Source: Pseudobdellovibrionaceae bacterium (GTDB lineage: Bacteria > Bdellovibrionota > Bdellovibrionia > Bdellovibrionales > Bdellovibrionaceae). Taken from it: a stretch of 64,000 nucleotides of DNA. The position numbers and the translations under genes were made by a program. Below, piece after piece: positions 33,812 through 42,122 of this stretch. Numbering within the stretch: position 1 is the stretch's first letter; every line of letters starts with the position of its first letter. The notes under the pieces are model-generated. The model was not told the origin of the DNA. It saw only the letters and a program-made list of their open reading frames with translations, and searched no databases. The stretch lies in the NCBI GenBank assembly GCA_043757515.1, contig JAYVPD010000012.1, positions 1,658 through 65,657 of the forward strand, given 5' to 3'.

Positions 33812-34268
33812 ACAAATCAAGTGGTCTGGCATTGACCTCGTTTTTCATTTAGAGTTTCTCAAGATGAGGCAACTCATCGGCGACCGGAACAGGTCATTCA
33901 GTTGTCGGTGAAGCGTTGCCTTTGCCCACAGAACAACTCAGCAACGTAGTCGTTTATATGGCCCCGACAACTAAAATTCAAAAAACCGTTGGGAATCGTT
34001 TAAGTGAAAGGGCTGCCGGCAAGCCGTAGCTTCTGAAATTAGTAGTAGTATCGCAAACAATCATAAAAGCTGTTAGCAGAATTTCCTACCTTATTACATT
34101 GCAAAATTCTATCAGGCGTCACTGTTGGGCTTTTTGAAAAGTCTAAGCACGAAAGAAATACGGGTGCCTGAGTTGTTGAAAAATCACACGCCTTAACTTT
34201 GTTTAATTTCCACTGTAGATAAATGGACAATAGGCCAAAAACCGTCACTTCGAAACAAAGGACAAGCG

Positions 34269-35237
34269 CTAGTGCGCGATTGTCCAGGCTTGTTGAACGA
34301 TGCCTTTCCAGGTGATCGATCGAGTAAAATTCTGTGTAGCTATTGAAAAGCTACAAGCACTTGGATCAGTGTCTATGTAGTTCCCGTCGTTAACGATTGC
34401 TAATCTAGTATTGTATCCGCTTACAGTATCTGAAACCGACGCTAAAAGTTGACCATTTTGTAAACGAAGTAGAACTTCTTTATTGGCAACTGTATCTCCA
34501 CACGGCTTGATCAAAGACACGATTTCATAAGGACTAGGGTCTGAATTCATTCCGTTGGCCCCGTTACAAATAGTCGCCGACTGTTGGTTTGGAAGATTGA
34601 TATTGTAGTGTCCAGTATCGGTTACATCTATAGCCATTAATATTATAGATCCGCCTGTTGAGCATACTGATGTTGGTGCTGCCACGACAGAAAAAACGGC
34701 GTTATGTCCATTTGAACCGGCGGCCCCTTTTGCACCGGGCAGCCCGGTGGCCCCGTCACACAACACTTCGGTATGACTGATTTCAGTGGCGTCTAAAAGG
34801 TTATTTCTGTTGGAATCAAGGCCAGAGCTTAACTGAATTCCAGCACTGCTTTCGCATGCTTCAAGGCCCACCAAAACCCGCTTCATAGTGATAAGTGAAT
34901 TGGCACCATCAGTGCCATTTACGCCCCCTCCAGAATCACAAACTACCTGAGTCGATATTAGTAAATCATCCTGGTCATAGCGGAAATTTTTATTAGTATC
35001 GTTATAGACTGAATAGACTTTTCCTGTAGCTGGACATTGAAGGTCCGTGGTATTACGCACGTCGATAAGCGGTGAGCCTTCTGTTGGTGCCTGAGCAATC
35101 TGATTTTGTGGACTAGTAGCAGAAGGATTGCCAAGTTGAGTCTTTGAACAGTTTTGAAATAGAATCAACGTTGTGCCTAAACCGGCTACTATTGCCGCTG
35201 ACGAAACAAATGACTTCAAAAAAATTACTGATCTCAT
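34269..35237 (-). CDS. lipoprotein with three Cys-bounded repeats ending in short Gly-X-Y runs
   Basis: 322 aa. Signal plus LFQNC. Repeats end in VVCDSGGGVNGTDGANS, VLCDGATGLPGAKGAAGSNG and TICNGANGMNSDP. Confidence 0.5.
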   Translation of the reverse strand: MRSVIFLKSFVSSAAIVAGLGTTLILFQNCSKTQLGNPSATSPQNQIAQAPTEGSPLIDVRNTTDLQCPATGKVYSVYNDTNKNFRYDQDDLLISTQVVCDSGGGVNGTDGANSLITMKRVLVGLEACESSAGIQLSSGLDSNRNNLLDATEISHTEVLCDGATGLPGAKGAAGSNGHNAVFSVVAAPTSVCSTGGSIILMAIDVTDTGHYNINLPNQQSATICNGANGMNSDPSPYEIVSLIKPCGDTVANKEVLLRLQNGQLLASVSDTVSGYNTRLAIVNDGNYIDTDPSACSFSIATQNFTRSITWKGIVQQAWTIAH

Positions 35238-35435
35238 ATTGATGCGCCCCTGGACTGGTTGAGTGATTAATAGTTGAACGGATTTCTTATCTTTATTCTA
35301 TCAGGTTACAAAAAAGCTCTCCATCAAAATTAAAAAAATGCATCAAGGTGATACGAGCCTTTATTCATTTAGATTTTGACAAGCCAGTTAGGCACTTATA
35401 AAAATAAGCTATCCATTTTTTTTCAAAGGACAAAT

Positions 35436-36767
35436 GTGAAAATCTTCTTTTTTATATTTTATTGTTTAGTTGTCTCAAAAACGGCACACGCTAATATTCA
35501 TAGCAGTGACATACAAAGTTTTAATCCAGCCGCGGACAACGGAGAATTTGTGACTGTTCAGTCAAATAGAATTTTGCCTGAAGGAACATTAAATTTTGGG
35601 GGATTTTTTGACTATGCAACCAACACACTGCCTGCTGCATTAGACGCTGCCTACAATAAATACGGTGCTAGAAATACAATATCGTCATTAGATTTACATG
35701 CGGCCTTGGGAATTTTACCCCGGTGGCAGGTGGGCTTGAGTTTGGGCTCGACTCTGGATACTCAAGTTAAGCCAGACTATTTGCGCGATTATTATAAAGT
35801 CAACGGACTAACCGATCTTCGCCTAAGTACCAAAGTAAAATTTTACCAAAATGAACAATGGGAATTGGGTTTACATTTTTTAATTGAGCTACCCCAAGTT
35901 GAAAATGATTATTTGTATGGCAAAAGTAATTTGCCATCCTACGCCGCAGAGATTTTAGGATCGATAGATTTCAATCAATGGTCCTTCGCTGCCAATTTTG
36001 GATACAATCTAAGGCAAAATGGCGATAAAATAATTGGCGGGCCCTATGATCCAGTGGGTGATTTATGGCTAGCATCTACAGCGGGCGCGTATCGGTTTGC
36101 CGATACCCCTTGGACAGCGGTGGCCGAATTATTTGCCACGGTCGCAAAGCAGGGAACGCAGAATTATTCACAAAATGAGTTAAGTGCCCTAGAAGGATTG
36201 GCCGGCGCCAAATATAAATGGAAAACTAATTTAGATTATCAGGCTGGCCTTACCAGCGGACTATCCAAGGGATTAAGCTCGCCAGATAGTCGAATATATG
36301 TCGGACTCAATTGGCAGGTGAGCGGTCTGTGGGACAATCGGATCGAGCAGAACAAGCCAGTTGTCAAAGCGCCGCTTCAGCCCACAGTAGCGCCTCTGAG
36401 CCCCCAGGTCGAGTTTCCGCCAATGAGTAATTTTATTGTTAGTAACATGAATTTTGAATCCGGTTCCGCAGTAGTTTCAGATTCCTACAATGGGCATTTG
36501 AAAGAGTTTGTTGAATTTGTAAATGCAAAAAAATCTTTTAAACAAGTTAGGATTCTGGGCTACACCGATAATGTTGGAAAAAAGAAGTCCAATTTGAAAC
36601 TAAGCGAAAATCGCGCACGGGCGGTTGCCGATATTTTGGTATCTTTTGGTCTAGATAAATCAAAAGTTTCAGCCCAGGGCATGGGGGATTCAAATCCCAT
36701 TTCTAGTAACAAAACAAAAGAAGGGCGACAAACAAATCGACGAATTGAATTCACTGTTGAAGAGTAG
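35436..36767 (+). CDS. OmpA-family outer membrane protein (beta-barrel + OmpA C-terminal domain)
   Basis: A GTG at 35436 after AAAGGA gives MKIFFFIFYCLVVSKTAHA. C-terminal OmpA motifs: RILGYTDNVG...NLKLSENRARAV...NRRIEF. The track ORF starts at an upstream TTG (35376). Confidence 0.8.
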   Translation: MKIFFFIFYCLVVSKTAHANIHSSDIQSFNPAADNGEFVTVQSNRILPEGTLNFGGFFDYATNTLPAALDAAYNKYGARNTISSLDLHAALGILPRWQVGLSLGSTLDTQVKPDYLRDYYKVNGLTDLRLSTKVKFYQNEQWELGLHFLIELPQVENDYLYGKSNLPSYAAEILGSIDFNQWSFAANFGYNLRQNGDKIIGGPYDPVGDLWLASTAGAYRFADTPWTAVAELFATVAKQGTQNYSQNELSALEGLAGAKYKWKTNLDYQAGLTSGLSKGLSSPDSRIYVGLNWQVSGLWDNRIEQNKPVVKAPLQPTVAPLSPQVEFPPMSNFIVSNMNFESGSAVVSDSYNGHLKEFVEFVNAKKSFKQVRILGYTDNVGKKKSNLKLSENRARAVADILVSFGLDKSKVSAQGMGDSNPISSNKTKEGRQTNRRIEFTVEE

Positions 36768-36928
36768 AATATTTTTGTGGTTTCTGCCTGTGAACTTGTG
36801 ACCGTCGGCACAGGGTCTGCAGTTCATAGGAATAGACCTAGTTTTAGGTAGAAAGATTTGTCTAGTCTAAAGAATTGGATTTGACGTCTTTCCCGTTGTT
36901 TAACTTTATGACAGAGGTCGGTCATTAA

Positions 36929-39118
36929 ATGTTTGGGTTTTTAATGATATTACCTGCAATGAAATCAAAATGGAAAACACGGCAGAACGGAATTGTTAGG
37001 CTATGTGCCATTATCCTTGTTGCCGCTCTTTTTGGCTCAAATAAATCGTCTGCAGCACAATTAAATTCCAAAACAGATGGTTTGGTTTCCTTGGTATCAC
37101 AATCATACTTTCTTAAGCAGTGTTTATTGCTGGAACAAATTCAAGATCCCGGCCAGAAGGTCGCTGCTTTTGATTCTGTTGTCCAGCGGCTTATAGAGTT
37201 TGATACTAAACATCGAAGCCAGATGAGTCTGACAAATCCAGTTGCAAAATCCCTGGCAAAATGGACCCAAGCCGAATTCATAGACTATGTTGCAGAACAA
37301 CTTGAATCTAAGTATTGGAGTTTAGCTGATGAAGCCAAGTTTCAGGATCTTCTTTCTAGCCGTCCTGATTTTTTTGAAATTCCATTACAGGAAATAGACA
37401 ACAATCCAGCCGCTAAAGCGTACTATAAAAGTCTTGTTGATAGTTTTAATGCCTATGACTTCGGAATTCCGGGTGCTTCGGTGGGTTTCCTTAGGCCGGT
37501 TATTAGAGGCGGAGCCAGTGCTTTATTTGGACTACTTAAACAGCCGGGTGCTGTGAAACTACAAATAATCGCCAATATTGAAAATGCTTTGGGCAGTAGG
37601 AAAAAAAGTTTACTTTTGATTCCAAAACAAATTATTAAATTGGGCCATTTAAACTTTGGAAATCCAACAGACCAGCGATTTTTCGAACTTTTAATTGGAA
37701 ACTATTTTTCCGACATTTCAGATGAATCTGCTCAAAACATTCTAAAAAAGTTGATCGAGCGACCAGACAAAAATTCACCAATGGATATTTTCAGGCTCCT
37801 AGTGCATCACTCAGATCCAATTTTTCAAAAGCTTTTACAGTTTGTTGCTCGACGGCCTGGTTTTTCGCCAGACTTGCAGGCGGTCTTTATTGAGCTAGAA
37901 AACTCGGGGATGGTTGAACCATAGGAAAAAGTGGGTGACCGGCTGAAGGCCGCGCCAGTAGGGTATCGTTGGAAGAATCCATGGAATGCAAGCAATCAGA
38001 AACCACTCGCAGGGACGATGGCTCAGACCTATTTTGCGAGTGCCATCCATAAGCACACCAAAGAAAAAGTCGATCTGGTGGCTCGCGTATTAAAAGACCC
38101 GGTAGCTCTAGCGAAACGAATTGAAACCGCCTATGCAAAACTGAAATCGCTCGCAAGGCACATGGATCAAGACCCGGTATTGCGAGCCAATCATTTTCCG
38201 CTGATCGACCCTTTAGTTGACGATGCCCGAGACTTTACAACTCGTGAACTAGATCTGGAACTAACAAAAGCAAATCAACAGCAAGGTGAAACCTATTATC
38301 CCGAGCGTGTGGAAATATCCAAAAAGTTGTCCATTGAATTTGTATCGCCAAAATCATTGGATTCGAAAGTTTCTTCCGTGCTCTATTCCACCCGAATGCC
38401 AGGGGTTAAATTTGATGAATTTTCGCGACTCTTTCCGGAGCTAGCGGGCGTCGTTGCCGAGGCGACTGTAAAAAAGTGGATCGAAGTGGCTTTTTTCAAA
38501 GGTTTATTTTTCCATGGCGATTTGCATCTAGGAAATATGAATGTGGAGGTCATTCAAGGACGAACAACGACCGTTCGTGTTGGCCTTTTTGACTATGGAA
38601 TTTCTGGCCATCTCGATGAGTCCCATTCTTCGATAATGGCTCGTCTTGAATTGGCTGCAAAAAATAAGCGGTCGGCAGTCTTGATGGCAAAGTATATTTG
38701 GATGCTATCTGATCCCGATAGTCAAACAATGAATCTGGATACACTGACCCGTAAAATGCGCGAACATAAAAAGGAAAAGAGAAGTCCAATAAGTGCCGCG
38801 GGATGGCTGTCCTGGGCCCTTTCCGAAGGACTTAAATTGGAAAAAAACATCAATGTGCTCGTTCGCGGGTTAGGAACCATGGAAATTCTTCTCAGTTCGG
38901 GCGGCTCAAATAAAAGTATAGGCGATTTGTATCTCGACGTGGCCATGGAAAATATAGCAGTCTCTTCAGACTATGTGATGAAGGCAAGCGACGATCAAAT
39001 CGGGGCTGGAGAAGGGCCAATCGATGAAGAGTTAAAACTGAGGAGCGAACTTTTTAAAGGTCGCTCTGGTATTAATTCGTGCCCGGGTTTTTATAAAACC
39101 AGCAAAGTTAAAAATTAG
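36929..39118 (+). pseudogene. ABC1/UbiB-family atypical kinase-like gene interrupted by one in-frame TAG (37922-37924)
   Basis: ORFs 36929..37924 and 37931..39118 are in the same frame. The ABC1 domain spans the stop: ...DPIFQKLLQFVARRPGFSPDLQAVFIELENSGMVEP*EKVGDRL...KPLAGTMAQTYFAS...FHGDLHLGNMNV...VGLFDYGISG. Confidence 0.55.
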
Positions 39119-41384
39119 TGACGAAACCCAGTGTTCCAGTAGATTGAGATTCCACCCCTACACCGTCTTTTTGAAATGTTTCTCGGTTACTTTTATCCTG
39201 GCGGCCTTCAAGTCTTAAAATTAAATTGGCATTGATTCGATTTTCAATCGTCAAAGTAAAACTCGTAAGTTTTTGTCCGTCAGTAAATGATTCTCCAAAA
39301 ATTAGATTGTCTTTGTCATCAGCGACTTCATATCTTGGCGAGACAGCCCATTTTTTACTAAATTGATATTTGGAATACACTGCAGTTCCGGTTGCGCTAT
39401 ATATTCCATGTACATAGCTATCAAAATTGATTGCAAACGAAAGCTTGTCATTCACTTTGTAAGAAGCAATAAAGTCATACAGGTTGCGATTTTGAACTGT
39501 ATTTCCTGCGTCTAGATTTGTAGGAAGGGTACTTGTACCACCCATTGTGTTTAAATAAAAAGAAAGTGAATCTGTAGGATTCCAATTGATTTGGGTTCCA
39601 TAGGATTTTTGACGAGAGTTAACGTACGAATTATTCCAACCATCTGCAACCAATGCCATAACTGAAAGTTTATCATTTATAGAATAGGTAGCCTTTACGC
39701 CTTGATGCCAAGCGGGTTGAAAATACCCACAAAGTAAACCGCGTGAATAATTCCAGTCATCTTGAGTTTCGGCTACTTCAAAACCAATATGAGTATAGAA
39801 TCGGCCCACTTCTATTTTTAAGCTTTCTAAGAGTTTATAACCAACATAAGCCTGATTCATATTTATTTGCGCCGCATCCGTCTTTGTGCCTGACAAAACT
39901 TGCATCGCTGGACCATATCCAAAGTCTAAAGTAGTCGATAGTTGTGAAATTGTTTTTTGAATTTGTAAATGCGCGTAACTGATTTGTAAATCGTCGTGGT
40001 ACAAATCGAAAACACGGTATTTATTTTGCGATTTTGAATCAGCAGCTGTCGGTGTTGCTGTATTAACGGCTGGATTGTTGCTATTGTATAAATAGTAACC
40101 ATCAACAGAGCCTTTTAATGTCACTCCAGAAAATAGTTCTACTAATTTATTTAGGTCTTCGTCTTTAGGTTTTTGATCAGCGTCTGTTAGGGCAATATAA
40201 TATGAAATATCTTTGTCGATTTGACTAGTTAAATGAATTCTAAAATGATTGATAATTTGAATAGTCCCAGCCGCATCTAGGTCTTGGCTAAACGGACTAT
40301 CTATGCCTCGCAATAGAGTGATCTCGACTGGTTCCCGAGTTGCCAAATTGAAAGCCAGGACACCGGACGCCATCAGTATCAGACTACCATAGGCGTAAGT
40401 TTTTAGTCTCCAAAATTGAAATGAAGAGTTATCTAAACTACTGTAACTAATCAGTCCCCTGGGTTTCTTAACTTTTTTCATTATCTCATCACAGGCATCG
40501 ACACAGGCTGTGCATGAAATACATTCCATTTGAAGGCCGTTTCGAATATCAATTCCAGTTGGACACACTTCTACACATCGATTGCAGCCGACACAGTCCC
40601 CGGTGTTTCGGCCTAGGTTTTTAAAATCTCGCCTGGGTTCGCCCCGTTTTTGGTCGTAGACAATAGCTAAAGAGGAAGGCTCCATCAGTACGCTTTGTAT
40701 GCGGCCATAGGGACACATGATGATGCAGAACTGTTCGCGAAACCAAGCAAAATTAAAAAGCAGGACAGCGGTGAATGCCATCACAAGTAAAAAATAATTC
40801 CAGTTATCAGTGGGCGAACCGTTTATCATCTTAAGGAGCTCTATAGATCCTGTAAAATAAGCGACGAAACTATGAGCGAATAGAGTTGAAACCAAGAAAA
40901 ATAATATCCATTTAAATGTTTTTTTCCTAAATTTTAAAAAGGACCAAGATTCTAAATTGAGTTTCCGCCTTTCAATATATTTTCCTTCGGTCCAAATTTC
41001 AATTTTACGATAAACAGCATCTATAAAAACAGTTTGAGGGCAGGCCCAACCGCACCATATTCGACCCCAAATCGATGTTACCAAAGCTAGGCCTAAAGTC
41101 AAAATCGCTAGTAATAGAAAAATAAGTGGCGCATCATGAGACTTAAAAATCAGTCCAAAAAAAATAAACTCACGGCTTTGAATATTTAGCAGGACCAGTT
41201 GATGCCCTTGAAAGTGAATCCAAGGAAGACCTAAAAAAACAAGCAGCAAACCAATTTGAACCCGAGTTCGATGCTTTCTAAAATAACCCTGAACCTCGGC
41301 GGGAATAATATTTATTCTAGCGCCGTGTTCGTCAATACTGGTTAGTTTGAATTGGTCTTTGCGTTTGTCATTGTTCTGTTGCAT
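39108..41384 (-). CDS. ccoG: CcoG/FixG-type 4Fe-4S ferredoxin membrane protein fused to a C-terminal porin-like beta-barrel domain
   Basis: 758 aa. aa 1-400: CGWACPQ, CPYGRIQS, CVGCNRCVEVCP, CISCTACVDAC and TM helices, as in CcoG. aa ~418-758: SGVTLKGSVDGYYLYNSNNP..., alternating beta-strand pattern, terminal ...LGFVTNF, as in OmpL/BBP2-type porins. Confidence 0.7.
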   Translation of the reverse strand: MQQNNDKRKDQFKLTSIDEHGARINIIPAEVQGYFRKHRTRVQIGLLLVFLGLPWIHFQGHQLVLLNIQSREFIFFGLIFKSHDAPLIFLLLAILTLGLALVTSIWGRIWCGWACPQTVFIDAVYRKIEIWTEGKYIERRKLNLESWSFLKFRKKTFKWILFFLVSTLFAHSFVAYFTGSIELLKMINGSPTDNWNYFLLVMAFTAVLLFNFAWFREQFCIIMCPYGRIQSVLMEPSSLAIVYDQKRGEPRRDFKNLGRNTGDCVGCNRCVEVCPTGIDIRNGLQMECISCTACVDACDEIMKKVKKPRGLISYSSLDNSSFQFWRLKTYAYGSLILMASGVLAFNLATREPVEITLLRGIDSPFSQDLDAAGTIQIINHFRIHLTSQIDKDISYYIALTDADQKPKDEDLNKLVELFSGVTLKGSVDGYYLYNSNNPAVNTATPTAADSKSQNKYRVFDLYHDDLQISYAHLQIQKTISQLSTTLDFGYGPAMQVLSGTKTDAAQINMNQAYVGYKLLESLKIEVGRFYTHIGFEVAETQDDWNYSRGLLCGYFQPAWHQGVKATYSINDKLSVMALVADGWNNSYVNSRQKSYGTQINWNPTDSLSFYLNTMGGTSTLPTNLDAGNTVQNRNLYDFIASYKVNDKLSFAINFDSYVHGIYSATGTAVYSKYQFSKKWAVSPRYEVADDKDNLIFGESFTDGQKLTSFTLTIENRINANLILRLEGRQDKSNRETFQKDGVGVESQSTGTLGFVTNF

Positions 41385-41389
41385 AGGGG

Positions 41390-41959
41390 TTACTCGATCA
41401 GGTTCCCTTGTGCGGCTTTAGCATTAGCAGGATTGGAACCTTTTTTTGAAATAACATAAGCGGTGACTGAATAGATTTCTTCAGTTGAAAGCATCTGATC
41501 CCATTCTGGCATGCCTTTGTCCAAAACACCCTCACGAATAACTTTTACGATATCTTGTCTGGATCCTTTGCCGTGAATCCAATAGTTATCAGTTAGATTT
41601 GGCCCAACCTGGCCTTGTAAATTAGCGCCATGGCATACTACACAACGAGCAATATAAATCTGCTCGCCATTCGAAATAGAATTTGGCCCTTTCATAGCGG
41701 CCGCAAGTAAGTCTTCTGATTCCAAAAGTTTTGGTTCGTGCAATCGATTGGTTTCAATCGCAAGCATAGCCGCCGCTAGTTCCTGTTTCAAAGTTGGTCC
41801 GCTTCCCGACGCATAGTGAATGAAATAAATAAAGGCGAAAATAATTGTGAAAAAAAAGGTCCACAGCCACCACCCCGGTAAAGGGTTATCCAGTTCTGTT
41901 ATACCGTCATAGCTATGACCACTCAGTTCAAGGTCTTTATCAATTTTATCATCAGTCAT
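41390..41959 (-). CDS. ccoP: cbb3-type cytochrome c oxidase subunit III, monohaem form
   Basis: The ATG at 41959 follows a GGAG. HSYDGITELDNPLPGWWLWTFF is the CcoP N-terminal signature. There is a single CVVCH haem site. The track ORF extends to an upstream ATG (42076). Confidence 0.8.
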   Translation of the reverse strand: MTDDKIDKDLELSGHSYDGITELDNPLPGWWLWTFFFTIIFAFIYFIHYASGSGPTLKQELAAAMLAIETNRLHEPKLLESEDLLAAAMKGPNSISNGEQIYIARCVVCHGANLQGQVGPNLTDNYWIHGKGSRQDIVKVIREGVLDKGMPEWDQMLSTEEIYSVTAYVISKKGSNPANAKAAQGNLIE

Positions 41960-42122
41960 GGGATTCTCCGGCTTCAAATGGTAAGGTTTCAATTCTTTTA
42001 TAGAGAATTCTATTTCGGCTGATGGAGGTCCACCAAAGTACGCCAACAAAAAAGAGGAAAAAAATAATAAGTCCAATTGAAGTTAAATAAGTGTCGTTAA
42101 AGTAGGATAGTCCGTCTTTCAT
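41952..42122 (-). CDS. ccoQ: cbb3 oxidase small subunit CcoQ-like
   Basis: 56 aa from the ATG at 42122 (TAATG overlap with the ccoNO stop): MKDGLSYFNDTYLTSIGLIIFFLFFVGVLWW... Single TM. The position between ccoO and ccoP supports the call. Confidence 0.55.
   Translation of the reverse strand: MKDGLSYFNDTYLTSIGLIIFFLFFVGVLWWTSISRNRILYKRIETLPFEAGESHD

Noticed and set aside
37931-39118. Treating the GTG at 37931 as the genuine start of an independent gene
   Set aside because: The conserved ABC1 domain begins upstream of the TAG in the same frame, and no RBS precedes the GTG. An interrupted single gene is more parsimonious, though two-piece expression is not excluded.
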